A DNA stretch of 27,003 bases from a virus (lineage: Duplodnaviria; Caudoviricetes): IMG/VR virus record IMGVR_UViG_3300016471_000484, positions 1-27,003 of that record; one strand, given 5' to 3'. Below the pieces are notes generated by a model. It was not told where the DNA came from. It worked only from the letters and a program-made list of their open reading frames with translations, and did not search any database. Of this stretch, positions 16,109 to 26,269 are shown piece after piece (position 1 is the first letter of the stretch; every line of letters begins with the position of its first letter). Both the position numbers and the translations under genes were made by a program.

Positions 16109-17848
16109 TTATCCTTCGCCATCGCCAGGCTCTTCGGGGCAAGGCTCGCAAGTCGTTTCGCAGTTTTCGGGATTCACGGGCAAACCATCGCAACAAGGGT
16201 CTTTCCGTAAGTTTTGCTCCTTCACCTCAACCTCAAGGAAGGCGGGGGCAACGATCCGTGTCCGAATCCAAGTTGGAGAGTAAGTTTCCGAGCGAGTGAA
16301 GTAATCGGCAGGGGGAAGAATAAGGTCGTTCAAGTTGAATATATCGTGCCGACAAGCAAGGCGCATAAAGTTGTGGACATATCTCGGCGATAGATTCACG
16401 ACCAACTCCACGAACTCACGGCTCTCCGCATACACGACCCTCTTGCGGCCTGCGCTGTCCTGATACGAAACAATCTCGCCATCGTATTGGGGATTCCTCA
16501 ACTCGCCGTAGATTCTCGTCCGATGAAAGAAGCCGCCCGTGAATACGTTAATGGGTGGATAGGTGAACCCGAAGGCACAAGCCCCCGTTGTGTCGGTTAC
16601 ATCTTGGGAGGCCACCACTCGGATGGTGTTGCAGGGATCCGTGATCCACTTGTAAGTCTCCGTCACGCAATACTCCATATTCTCATCGCACCCTTGGTTC
16701 TGCGTTATCGCAAGCCTAAAGCAATCGTATTGCGAGTAGGAAGCGAGCGTGTCAGCCCCAAAGGAGAAAGTGTAGGAATACACGCCTCCGTAAAAGCCCT
16801 CAAGGACATAGGTTGTCTTTGCGCTGTTGGCGTAATTTACCGAGGTAAGGCTATCGGATGGCAGGAGCGTAACGCTGAAGCCAAAAGCCTGATAGATTTC
16901 AACGGATGCGACACGGAGTTTGGCCTTGTACTTGCCATCAACGAGTTGAGCGTCCACCTTAATCTCAAAGGGGTAGGAGCCTGTTGCTCCTGTCCAAGTG
17001 AAGTAAAGGATGTACTCGCCTGGACAGGCCAAGTCCGTACCCTGCTCAACGGCAACGCCATCAACGAGGATGTCCACATTGCCGCAGAACTCATCGTCAA
17101 GTTCCTCAAGGGTCAAGACAATCTTGTAGGAAGCCCCTTCAATCAAGTCGATAGAGGCTTCGGCATAGGCCGACCACGCTTGTGTCGCTGCTGGGTCGCA
17201 ACCGCCATTGACATCCAAATAGCAATTTGGAGGCGATCCACCAAGGCCAATCCAATCCGTTTCCGACTCGTAAGGCTCCGACACCGATAGCGTCCAATCT
17301 TCATCCCCGCAGAAATCAGGGGCGATGGATTCATCGCAGAAGATGGCTTCGGCTTGAAGGCTTAACGCTTCCGTGTTGTATGAGGATGACAATACGTTGA
17401 TAAGGATAGGTTGAGAGTAATCTCCCGTCTTGCAATTGTCGCATTGAGGCTCGTCCACATCAAAGCAATAGATGTGCATATCGTCAATGGATAAGCTTGA
17501 CTCTGGGCAATCAAAAGTGAAGCTGAACTCGGCTGTTGTAATCGGTATCTGCCACCACCCCGTTGTCGTTATGCTTATGTCGCTAAGGCCGTTAAGGATG
17601 ATGGAGCATTCTCCCGTTAAGTCTATACCGCTAACGTGGATTCTCAAAATAGCGTTCTTACAATCGTTGCCTCCATTCCCAAAATTAACTATCCCATTGC
17701 TTGGCCCAGAAACCGTGATTCCATCCCCCACGATTACTGTTATGTTTCCATCATAATAGCTCGTTTCAGTGTTCCAATCCACAGGAACAAGGTCGTCTGT
17801 GCCTAACGTGCTATCCACGCACACAATAGGCTGATTCGGTATAATCAT
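16109..17848 (-). CDS. Minor tail / tail-tip protein, acidic and Cys-rich
   Basis: 579 aa, more than 20 Cys, second gene after the tape measure, ATGA-coupled. Confidence 0.6.
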   Translation of the reverse strand: MIIPNQPIVCVDSTLGTDDLVPVDWNTETSYYDGNITVIVGDGITVSGPSNGIVNFGNGGNDCKNAILRIHVSGIDLTGECSIILNGLSDISITTTGWWQIPITTAEFSFTFDCPESSLSIDDMHIYCFDVDEPQCDNCKTGDYSQPILINVLSSSYNTEALSLQAEAIFCDESIAPDFCGDEDWTLSVSEPYESETDWIGLGGSPPNCYLDVNGGCDPAATQAWSAYAEASIDLIEGASYKIVLTLEELDDEFCGNVDILVDGVAVEQGTDLACPGEYILYFTWTGATGSYPFEIKVDAQLVDGKYKAKLRVASVEIYQAFGFSVTLLPSDSLTSVNYANSAKTTYVLEGFYGGVYSYTFSFGADTLASYSQYDCFRLAITQNQGCDENMEYCVTETYKWITDPCNTIRVVASQDVTDTTGACAFGFTYPPINVFTGGFFHRTRIYGELRNPQYDGEIVSYQDSAGRKRVVYAESREFVELVVNLSPRYVHNFMRLACRHDIFNLNDLILPPADYFTRSETYSPTWIRTRIVAPAFLEVEVKEQNLRKDPCCDGLPVNPENCETTCEPCPEEPGDGEG

Positions 17849-19830
17849 TCGGTCAGAAGTTCAAAGTTAGTCATGCCCGTCTTAATATCGTGAGACATAT
17901 TCAATATCCATCCCGTAATGCCGTTAAAGACAATCGGTGCTGGTGGGTCTGTCAAAATGAGTGACAACTGCGTTCTCGTTAGCGGAACCTCAACGTTGTA
18001 GAGATACTTTATATGCAAGGACAAATTATCATCAATTGCATTACCATTAATCTTTAGCCCATTGGAAGTCCTAAGAATGTAATTTCTTGCAACCAATGGG
18101 TGAACCGCAGATCCCGTGTGAATTAAAAATCTGCCGAAATATGGCGGCCCAGTCACAGAATTAAACTCGCACACATAAGAGACGCTTCCAAGATACTCGT
18201 TTGGTGGCAAAGCGGCGGGAATGGTGAAGGCACTCCAGAGGCGTTGTTTTTGGTTTTGGTCAAGGGAAACAAATCCACCCCAATCTACCATAAAAATGGC
18301 CTCGGAGTCAATTAATTCCACATCAACAGAAAACCCGCCCTGTGGAAATCCCAAGGATGTGTTTATCGTTGCATCATTGTCAGTGCAATCATTTGACACA
18401 TAAGAAACGCCCGACTGCAAATATGCCCAAGTATTCGCATTTGTTTGAGAGTAATTTAATTTTGATATACAAAATTGATCGTCTTTTTTCTTGGAAACAA
18501 GCCTTACATCGTCTATCTGAATCGTTGGAACAGTTGGGAAAAAGTATCCTTCGTGTTCTATGCGAACATATTGTATGCCTCCCTGAAAATACGGATACAT
18601 ACTTAAATTATACAAAGAGGCAACGGATCCGTATAGTTCTTGAAAGCTCAAATAAATGGAATTTCCTTGTGGGGTATTTGCTTGAGGGGGAGTTGATGGG
18701 GATGGCTTAAATGCCCCTCCGCAATTAATGTACAGATTTGTTCCACCGTATTTTCCATTAACGTCAATCGTTGAACTCCCAATCACCGCCTCAAGCCTTC
18801 TCCCAGCTATTTGATAGTAATCCTGAGAGGTATACAAAAGGGTGTTGGATGGGAAACTCGTTATTGTAATCGAAACATCTGTGTCGTGAAAAAAACGAAA
18901 TCTCAACATTGCTTGACCAACATACGTTGCATCAGCGTTTCCGATATTTAGTCCCTCCACTATTCTTGGATTTACGCCCTGAACCAAATCTATCTCATTT
19001 CCCGGAACGGTTCCGTCCCATTGTGTCGCAACTATTATCTGATTCCCGACATTATTTCCGGTAAGCGGCCCCGCAAGATTTGTCGTTATTGATTGTGCAT
19101 TTCCGTATATATCCGTCCAAGAAGTTACCGACTGAACAACGGTGTCACCCATTGGCACACTAAGATTTCCCGTCCACCCCAAAATCATTCCGCATATTTT
19201 TTCGGTATAAATCTTTGCGGTTGTGCCAACATTTATCCCAGGGCCTATTCCCAAAAAGTCGGAAATTATTGTTGCTCCATTATCTGTTATATAATTAAGT
19301 ATCTGTTGCATAACCTCCGCAACCCGAAACGCCCTAAACATGTTGGCGAATGCGGGGCTTAACGCTCCCGCCATTGCGGGATTTGCCGTACTGCCCACGG
19401 TTCTAAACGGCATTGGGAAATCGCTTATTTGGGAGAGCACCTGTCCATTAACGGTTTTTTCGCAATTAATCTGAACCTTGGTTTCTTTTAGTCTGCTCAG
19501 TTTGCCATATATGGTGTTATCCTCAATGTTGCATTTCGCTACACAGCGATAAAGGTCAAGGTCTATTTCGGACAAAAAAATGATGCCCTCCCGATTAATC
19601 CCGTTTGTGCATAGCTCTTCAATCTTAACCAACACTTCGCCGCATCCACTTCCGTTCTCAAATTCTTGCTTTATTAAATCATAACCAGAACCATAAAACT
19701 CAACATCGGCAACGAAGGTCGTGATAAGGCCTGGTAGGTCGGGGTCTCTTCGGTATTCAAACTTTGAGTCCATCCAATTCATCGGCTCCTCAACCTCCGT
19801 GCCGTTTAGATAAAACTTAAACTCCGCCAT
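17845..19830 (-). CDS. Tail-tip / baseplate hub-like protein
   Basis: 661 aa directly after the tape measure (TAATG overlap); beta-rich. Confidence 0.6.
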   Translation of the reverse strand: MAEFKFYLNGTEVEEPMNWMDSKFEYRRDPDLPGLITTFVADVEFYGSGYDLIKQEFENGSGCGEVLVKIEELCTNGINREGIIFLSEIDLDLYRCVAKCNIEDNTIYGKLSRLKETKVQINCEKTVNGQVLSQISDFPMPFRTVGSTANPAMAGALSPAFANMFRAFRVAEVMQQILNYITDNGATIISDFLGIGPGINVGTTAKIYTEKICGMILGWTGNLSVPMGDTVVQSVTSWTDIYGNAQSITTNLAGPLTGNNVGNQIIVATQWDGTVPGNEIDLVQGVNPRIVEGLNIGNADATYVGQAMLRFRFFHDTDVSITITSFPSNTLLYTSQDYYQIAGRRLEAVIGSSTIDVNGKYGGTNLYINCGGAFKPSPSTPPQANTPQGNSIYLSFQELYGSVASLYNLSMYPYFQGGIQYVRIEHEGYFFPTVPTIQIDDVRLVSKKKDDQFCISKLNYSQTNANTWAYLQSGVSYVSNDCTDNDATINTSLGFPQGGFSVDVELIDSEAIFMVDWGGFVSLDQNQKQRLWSAFTIPAALPPNEYLGSVSYVCEFNSVTGPPYFGRFLIHTGSAVHPLVARNYILRTSNGLKINGNAIDDNLSLHIKYLYNVEVPLTRTQLSLILTDPPAPIVFNGITGWILNMSHDIKTGMTNFELLTE

Positions 19831-22800
19831 TATTTCATACTTTTTCTTATCACCCTATCCCTAATTGTTCTCGGATTAATCGCTTCCGCCAATTCCTTCA
19901 CATTATCTATCTTAACCCTCTTGTTCTTCCCAATCGCATTAATAAGCTCCTCTGTCTGCATATCAAACGAATTGGACACATTCTCCGCAAAAGAGCCTCC
20001 AAGACCCGCATTACCGCTTTGCTTACGCATCACATCGGTATATCGCTTCGCCACAAACGCCTCAAACTCGTTATCACGAATGGCCTGAAGTACGGGCTTG
20101 TATTTGGTCGTTTCTTCTGCGGTCATCACCGATTCGCCTCGTGAGAGTCTTGCAGGGATACTGTCAGAAGTTGCCGTGCCTGGGCCTTGCAAATCAATTA
20201 CCCCTTCTTTGAATCCTGGGAATTGCTGAGATTGAATTGTAGCAATCTGAATGCCTGTCGCGGCAGTAATCGCTGCAACTTCCCACCATCTGCCTTTCCC
20301 GATTGCTTTCATAACGCCTAACGCTCCATCTATAATAGCCGATACTGTGGCGGCTTTCTTTTCGTGTTCAAATCGCTTCTTTGCAAGTTCAGCCGCTTTT
20401 CTCTCGTATTCCTGTTCGCTTATTAGCTTTTGTTCAAGCTGTCGTTTAAGGGCAATTTCTTCGTTATCATAAGCCGTAGATTGCAATTTAGCTATTTCGG
20501 AATACACGTTTCCAACGCTACCAATTATTTCGGAGGTTCTTTCTAATTTAATAGAATCGGTGGCCCTTTTTCCTGCGGCTTCAACTTCGCCAAGGGCTTT
20601 TGTGAGTTTGCCAAGAATATCAAGGTCTCCCGTTTGAGACATTGCGTCTTTGATTTCCCTCGCCATCTTCTCAAACATCTGCTTGGTTCTTGCGATTCTC
20701 CTATCGAATGTATCTCCTTCGTTTCTTTCAATCAGGTCGTTGGCTCTTTGGAGAATATCAACGATTTTGTCTTGCGTTTTTTGAGCGTCCTCTTCGGTGT
20801 CTTTATTGTATTTCTCGGTGAGTTGCCTTCTTAATTTGGTGTATTTGGCAATAATCTTGTTGGTTTCAATTTCTTTGTCTTCTTTGGTTTTCAAAGAGAA
20901 CCGCACTCCTTCGTGTTCTATTGACTCTTGAGCTTTTAATACTGAAAGCTCCAAGTCAAGCCTCTCCTTGCTCCCCTCTTTAGTGGCATTAATTTTCTCT
21001 TGTTGCGTGGCAATAAAAGATGTAAGGTCTTTGGTGCGTATTTCTAACTCTTCCTTCAACTCTTGCTCGCGAAATGCGAGATTAGCTTCCGCTTGTTCTC
21101 TAAGAGACTCGGCTTGACTTTGCGCGCCCAAAACGTCAATTTGGGCTTGTTTGGCAGCAATGTCTTTGGTTATTTGAATTACGGACTGCCCTTCCCTTTG
21201 AAGGTTGGCTTTTTTGGCTTTAAGCAAGTCAAGGTCAATCTTGAGAGCAAACAACAGCACCTCTTTCTCGGCCTGAATACGTATGTTTTTGGACTCCTCT
21301 GCTCCAGCTTTGTCTTTTAAGATTTTGTATGCCGCCACCGCATCAATGTAATCGGTCATCAATTTCTTTTGATTCTCAAGGCTATCGCCCGATATTAAAG
21401 ATTGCTCAAAGATGTTCTTAGCCCTAAACATCGCCTCCTCTACGGATTTTAGCTTTTTAGCCTCAGCTTCGGAATCCGATATAGGCTCAGGGGCAGCTTT
21501 TTTTCTCTCCTCTCTAATCTGCTTTAGAATAGAGAGCCTAAACTGCTCATTGTCAACAATCTGCTCTTGTTCCTTTATTTGCCTTTTTAGCTCAGGTATG
21601 GTTTCTTGTGTGGCCTTAACCATACTCCTGTTGTATTCTCCGGCCTCCTCCAACGCATTAACCGATTTTCTAATAAGGGATACTTGTACGGTTTTTTGCC
21701 TTACTTGTTCTCTTGCATTCAGAATATCAGTCTCAATAATTTCTTGTATTTGGTCAAGAGATTTCCCTTCTTTTTCCAATTCAAAAACACGTTCTTTTGC
21801 GTTTTTTCTTCTCATCTTCTCAGCAAACTCATCATTTCGCTGAATTTCTGCGGATTCGGCTTTCAGTTCATTAATGCTTTCCCTGTATTCCTTATTAAAA
21901 AACAACCTTGACAAAAGGGTTGAGCCAAACAAAAGGGCTATTTTTTTTGGTATATCAGCGTTGGATTCAATAATGACGTTTATGTCATCAAAAAATCCCG
22001 AAAACGCATTAACCATTTGCTTGAGTGGCAATGCCTCCGCTAAGTTCTTTCTAAACATAGTAAAGGAAGTGCTAACCCTCTGAAACGCTGCGTCCAAAGA
22101 ATTTGCCTTACCAGAAAGCGCAGGGGCCATTTCTTTTTCAAGTTCCTCTGAAAATGCAGGGAGTATTTCAGCAGAAAGGATTTTCCCTTCCTCCATTAAC
22201 TTAATAAACTGCCTGCTCGTTAATTCTTGAGCAGGATGCAGCTTATTGTATGCCTTTATCATTATCTCTGTGGCATTTGGCATAGCTTCAGCCAACTGCC
22301 TTCTTAATTCTTCTGCCGATACAACTCCCTTGGAGAGCATCTGTTGTAACGCTAAAAATGCCCTTTGTTGCTGCAAGGCTGTTCCGCCGGATGCCCTGAT
22401 TGCAGTCGCAACCCGAATAAACATCTTTTCCGATTGATCTGCCGAAAAGCCAGCCGCCTTAGAAGCAATGGCAAACCCTGTAAATCCCTCTGTTAACGTA
22501 GTAATATCAAGGCCCAACCTCATTGCCGCATCCCTAAACCGCTCCATCGCGTTGGTACCGCCTTGGGAAGAGTCGTAAATAAAGTCAAACCTGTTTTTTA
22601 CAATTTCAAGTTTTCGCTCTACATCCACAACGCCTTTTGAAAACGCAATTATTCTTTCAATAGCAAATGCCGCAATCAAACGATTTCCCACTAACGATAA
22701 AACCTTCGCCAAACCCGCTCCTGCAAGGGATGCCCTACCAATACCGCCCCCATAACGGTTATAGCTGTCCGTTATATTCGTGACCCTTGAGCTATTGTCG

Positions 22801-23282
22801 TTTAAGATTTTATTGTTCTCAATGAACTTGCTATTGAGCCTCGTGATGTTGTTTGTGGTCTGGCTTAGCGTTCTGCTAAAATCGTGGTGAACTTTGTTGT
22901 TTTGGGTTAAACGTACGCTGTTGTCTTGAGAGTTGTTCGTGTTTACTATGAGCGCACGACTTTGTTCGTTTTTGGCTTTTGTTGATTTTTCGGTCGCTTG
23001 AGTGTTTTTTTCAGTTGTGCTTGTGGACGTTTTTGTAATCTCCCTGTTGTCAACGGTAACTTTGGTGACTTCATTCAAGATGTTTCTAAAGTCTTGGCTA
23101 TTGTCAATGTTTATTTGGACTTTAGAAGCGTGTTTTTGAAGCGCGTCTGCCATATTTTTCAACGACTTCGTTGCCTCATCAACCGACCCTTTAACAAGGA
23201 TGTTCTTCTGAATTATCTCATTCAGCTTATTATTAAGAGCATCTACGTTTGCATCATAGATAATGGATATTTTATCGGACAT
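19830..23282 (-). CDS. Tape measure protein
   Basis: 1150 aa helical/coiled-coil; LQQMLSKGVVSAEELRRQLAE tape-measure domain; C-terminal GPGTATSDSIPARLSRGESV motif. Confidence 0.93.
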   Translation of the reverse strand: MSDKISIIYDANVDALNNKLNEIIQKNILVKGSVDEATKSLKNMADALQKHASKVQINIDNSQDFRNILNEVTKVTVDNREITKTSTSTTEKNTQATEKSTKAKNEQSRALIVNTNNSQDNSVRLTQNNKVHHDFSRTLSQTTNNITRLNSKFIENNKILNDNSSRVTNITDSYNRYGGGIGRASLAGAGLAKVLSLVGNRLIAAFAIERIIAFSKGVVDVERKLEIVKNRFDFIYDSSQGGTNAMERFRDAAMRLGLDITTLTEGFTGFAIASKAAGFSADQSEKMFIRVATAIRASGGTALQQQRAFLALQQMLSKGVVSAEELRRQLAEAMPNATEIMIKAYNKLHPAQELTSRQFIKLMEEGKILSAEILPAFSEELEKEMAPALSGKANSLDAAFQRVSTSFTMFRKNLAEALPLKQMVNAFSGFFDDINVIIESNADIPKKIALLFGSTLLSRLFFNKEYRESINELKAESAEIQRNDEFAEKMRRKNAKERVFELEKEGKSLDQIQEIIETDILNAREQVRQKTVQVSLIRKSVNALEEAGEYNRSMVKATQETIPELKRQIKEQEQIVDNEQFRLSILKQIREERKKAAPEPISDSEAEAKKLKSVEEAMFRAKNIFEQSLISGDSLENQKKLMTDYIDAVAAYKILKDKAGAEESKNIRIQAEKEVLLFALKIDLDLLKAKKANLQREGQSVIQITKDIAAKQAQIDVLGAQSQAESLREQAEANLAFREQELKEELEIRTKDLTSFIATQQEKINATKEGSKERLDLELSVLKAQESIEHEGVRFSLKTKEDKEIETNKIIAKYTKLRRQLTEKYNKDTEEDAQKTQDKIVDILQRANDLIERNEGDTFDRRIARTKQMFEKMAREIKDAMSQTGDLDILGKLTKALGEVEAAGKRATDSIKLERTSEIIGSVGNVYSEIAKLQSTAYDNEEIALKRQLEQKLISEQEYERKAAELAKKRFEHEKKAATVSAIIDGALGVMKAIGKGRWWEVAAITAATGIQIATIQSQQFPGFKEGVIDLQGPGTATSDSIPARLSRGESVMTAEETTKYKPVLQAIRDNEFEAFVAKRYTDVMRKQSGNAGLGGSFAENVSNSFDMQTEELINAIGKNKRVKIDNVKELAEAINPRTIRDRVIRKSMK

Positions 23283-23583
23283 CTTTGTTTTGTTTAGCCT
23301 TGCGTTGCCTTTCCTCTTGGAAGTGCTTGAGCAAAGTTAAGACATCCTCAACGGATGTTTTCATATACTCCTTGTACAGAAATATATCACCATCCGCAAG
23401 GAAGACGAAAAACTCACGCCAATTTAGGTCGCTGAAGTAGAGTTCCGAGCCGATAGCTCTGATCTCAGGAGTTCCTGGGTCGCTTCCAGCCGGGAGGTTG
23501 CCATCTCCCAAAAGATTGTCCAATCTTCTTCTAAATACTCCATATTGGGAAAGTATTGACTCAGCCCGGCTAAAACGAAAAAA
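23272..23583 (-). CDS. Frameshift extension of tail assembly chaperone (gpGT-like C-terminal part)
   Basis: -1 frame open from the slippery heptamer T TTT TTC (23583..23577) to TAA at 23272, overlapping the tape measure start; predicted fusion 265 aa. Confidence 0.75.
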   Translation of the reverse strand, partial: FFRFSRAESILSQYGVFRRRLDNLLGDGNLPAGSDPGTPEIRAIGSELYFSDLNWREFFVFLADGDIFLYKEYMKTSVEDVLTLLKHFQEERQRKAKQNKDVR

Positions 23584-24068
23584 TCGTACAACTCCTTGCC
23601 TTTGTATGCATTACGGAAAGCCTCCACCTTCTTCTGCTCAAACTCGGCATTCCACTCACCGGGGTTTTGGTCTTCACGAATCAAGACCGCCCCGGCTAAC
23701 TCCATCATCACATCGGGGTGAATGAGCATCTCCTTCCTTTTGCGCATTTCCCCGACCAAAAAGCCAATCTGCGCCAGGTTTTTGACCGCTGCGCCCGAAA
23801 CTGACGCGTTCAACGCGTTCTCCATATTCTCCAAGAACACATCCAACTCCTCCCTTGAAAGCATCCTCTGCAACTGAATTACGAGGTCTTGGATTCTTCC
23901 CATACGCTCAATGGGAATGTCAAAGACGTTTTGGTAAATGAAATAGCGGTGCCCTTTACAGGTCAGCGCAAACTTCAAGCCACGCATCTTGTCGGGTTTG
24001 TAGGTGTCATCCCACACCATTTGCGTAAGCTCTTTCTTGAAGAGTTTGTAAACAATTTTGTGTATCAC
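23424..24068 (-). CDS. Tail assembly chaperone (gpG-like)
   Basis: 214 aa, GTG start, immediately upstream of the tape measure, contains the slippery site at D162-F163-F164. Confidence 0.75.
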   Translation of the reverse strand: MIHKIVYKLFKKELTQMVWDDTYKPDKMRGLKFALTCKGHRYFIYQNVFDIPIERMGRIQDLVIQLQRMLSREELDVFLENMENALNASVSGAAVKNLAQIGFLVGEMRKRKEMLIHPDVMMELAGAVLIREDQNPGEWNAEFEQKKVEAFRNAYKGKELYDFFVLAGLSQYFPNMEYLEEDWTIFWEMATSRLEATQELLRSELSARNSTSAT

Positions 24069-24373
24069 GAGAGTTTAATAAGGATAAAATTAAGGGTTAC
24101 GCCCACGAGCATCACGATTCCCATTTGCAGGAGGTTAAAGCCCATAAGCGGAGCGGTTACAAGGTAAAAGACGCTTCCCCATACCGAAGCCATACAGCCC
24201 ACGCACCCGTAAATGGGTTTGTGAAGGTTGGGAAACTTATGCGGGGGGATGGTTTTCTTCAGCCACTTGCCCACCTTGCCGAGGAGTTGTTCTTCCTCGA
24301 GCATAATGGACAACGATACGGTCATTAGGCTTACGACCAAAGCCCGCATCAAAGTGTCAAGGGCGAGTGTCAT
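24065..24373 (-). CDS. Small membrane protein with CxxC motif (DUF1360-like)
   Basis: 102 aa from ATG 24373 (ATGA overlap); about three hydrophobic segments; KPIYGCVGCMASVW. Confidence 0.6.
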   Translation of the reverse strand: MTLALDTLMRALVVSLMTVSLSIMLEEEQLLGKVGKWLKKTIPPHKFPNLHKPIYGCVGCMASVWGSVFYLVTAPLMGFNLLQMGIVMLVGVTLNFILIKLS

Positions 24374-24531
24374 TTCTTCTTCTCGAAGGTCATCCAAAGG
24401 ACGCTCACGAGAGAAATGGTCGCACCAACGATTTCGCTGACTGCGGATTCATCCAAATAGCCTTTGGCAGCGATTAAGCCGCCAATAAAGGTCAATGCGT
24501 GGCGAAGGAGGGGGAGGACAAGGTTTTTCAT
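24370..24531 (-). CDS. Putative holin
   Basis: 53 aa from ATG 24531 (ATGA overlap); LLRHALTFIGG, two hydrophobic segments and a basic EKKK tail. Confidence 0.6.
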   Translation of the reverse strand: MKNLVLPLLRHALTFIGGLIAAKGYLDESAVSEIVGATISLVSVLWMTFEKKK

Positions 24532-24905
24532 AGGTTGATGTATTTGAATTGAAAGGAAAAGCAAGATTCGACATTCGTGTAGGTCGGGGGAAGCGTTAAG
24601 GGTAATTCATCGCCATCCAAGTTCGCTGCCGTACCCCCAATATAATCGAGATACACCCTTACCTCGTAGGTTCTATTCGGAGCGAAAAGTTTTTGAAGGG
24701 GAAGTCCTGCGAAAGTCGGGGAAATGGCCACCAAGCCCTGAGCATTGGTCGTTTGTGTCTCAAAGAAGGTTTGATTGAGTGATACATCGGTAATTGCTAC
24801 AACGACAGAGGTGTTTGGCGTGGTGTAGCCAATAACGTAATCCGCTGGATTACAAATATCAAAAGTGCCAATATCGGGGCAGTCGGTGCATTCAAGACAA
24901 CTCAT
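24528..24905 (-). CDS. Hypothetical protein, Cys-rich N-terminus, probable virion component
   Basis: 125 aa MSCLECTDC..., 5 nt after the terL stop. Confidence 0.7.
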   Translation of the reverse strand: MSCLECTDCPDIGTFDICNPADYVIGYTTPNTSVVVAITDVSLNQTFFETQTTNAQGLVAISPTFAGLPLQKLFAPNRTYEVRVYLDYIGGTAANLDGDELPLTLPPTYTNVESCFSFQFKYINL

Positions 24906-24910
24906 CGGCT

Positions 24911-26269
24911 TTAAGATTTAAGTTCAGGCACAAAATTGGCGTTAAAACGTGCATATCCGTTCTTTTTCAGATGTTTCAAATACCATTCGTTCAAGAAGCT
25001 GTTGCAAAGATACCGAAAACAATCGGCAAAGTCGGACTGTTGCGTAATAATGTATCGGTTTCGTTTAATAATGTTCCCTCCCGCATCGCACGCCACCATT
25101 TTCATATCCCTCGCCACGCCTGGGGCAGTCCTCGGGTTCACCTTAATGTCGGGGTGGAATTGGAGTAAGTAATTGCATTGTGCTCGGCTGTTCTCGTGCT
25201 TGGGGTTCGGAGCGACTTTAATCTGCCTCTGCGTCAATCCCAAGCCCCTCGCTAATTGCTCGTAATAATTGGCATTGTCCCTTTGCGATAAATCGCCTCT
25301 CTTGCCCATCGCATCGCCCGTCAAGAGGCAAGAAAACAAGAATGGAGCGTACTTGGCTTTAATGGTGTCCACCATTTTAGGTATGCTCCCATCTACAACC
25401 TGAAACTCATCCACGATATGAACGTGATCGCCTTGGCTGTCCGTCCAAATCTGCGCCACGATACCGCAGAAGGGCTGTAAGTTGAAGTCAAGGGAGATGT
25501 AAATGGGAAGGTTGGTGTTAAAGTTCGCATTTTGGGATTCGTGCCTCCTCGCATCGTAGGAGATAAAGAAGGGGTTTTCGGGTTTCTCCTGCACCTCCCA
25601 ATCGCCCTCCACGAATCGCTTGTACTCGTATTCGGGCATATTGTCTCGAAGGGATTGAAGGTAGTCTTCGGGAATATGGGGGTTGTCGGTAATCTTGGAA
25701 GGGATATACGCCCAAGTCGGTGGGAGGTTGTCTTCCTTCCATTTGTCGTACACCAATTCCTTCACCCAATTATTGCTTGGGTTGCAAGTAGCCATCACGA
25801 CAATGGGCGGGCGTCCTTCGCAATCCAACCACGAACCAGCACGCTCCAAGACCTTGTAAAGCAATCCCTCTTGGCACTCGTTAATCTCGTCAATCCCACC
25901 GCCGTTTATCTCCAAGCCCTTAAAGCGGTCAAAGTCTTTATCGGTGTCGTAATTCTCGCCCATAAAGATTAACTCGGATCCGTTGGTGAATCGCACAATC
26001 TGCGCCTGCTTGTCCCACGAGGCAACGTGCGTCCCTAAGCCTTGGTTCATTAGAGAGGTGAAGGTTACAAGGGTTGTACGTTGGAGTGTGGGCATACTCT
26101 GCCTGATAATCACCCACCTACTGCCTGGGTACTTGGAGCAAAGGGATATAAAGGTCAAAAGAAGGCAGTAAGTCTTCCCGCCTCGGATTGCTCCGCCAAA
26201 GAGGATGAATTGCTTCTCCCCCGACAAAGCCATCTTATACGCCTGACTCTGCCTCGCCGTTAGTTTCAT
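24911..26269 (-). CDS. terL: Terminase large subunit
   Basis: Q motif (LTARQ), Walker A GGAIRGGKT, Walker B GGIDE, ATCNP coupling motif, nuclease motifs SLDFN / TGD / DFADCFRY. Confidence 0.95.
   Translation of the reverse strand: MKLTARQSQAYKMALSGEKQFILFGGAIRGGKTYCLLLTFISLCSKYPGSRWVIIRQSMPTLQRTTLVTFTSLMNQGLGTHVASWDKQAQIVRFTNGSELIFMGENYDTDKDFDRFKGLEINGGGIDEINECQEGLLYKVLERAGSWLDCEGRPPIVVMATCNPSNNWVKELVYDKWKEDNLPPTWAYIPSKITDNPHIPEDYLQSLRDNMPEYEYKRFVEGDWEVQEKPENPFFISYDARRHESQNANFNTNLPIYISLDFNLQPFCGIVAQIWTDSQGDHVHIVDEFQVVDGSIPKMVDTIKAKYAPFLFSCLLTGDAMGKRGDLSQRDNANYYEQLARGLGLTQRQIKVAPNPKHENSRAQCNYLLQFHPDIKVNPRTAPGVARDMKMVACDAGGNIIKRNRYIITQQSDFADCFRYLCNSFLNEWYLKHLKKNGYARFNANFVPELKS

Noticed and set aside
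16487-17290. 267-aa plus-strand ORF (also 8704..9330, 3629..4189, 14004..14558 and other plus-strand ORFs)
   Set aside because: Antisense shadows of well-supported minus-strand genes, with no recognisable motifs or expression signals
24065-24905. Complete lysis cassette
   Set aside because: Only holin-like membrane proteins are visible; no endolysin or spanin motif was recognised in the window
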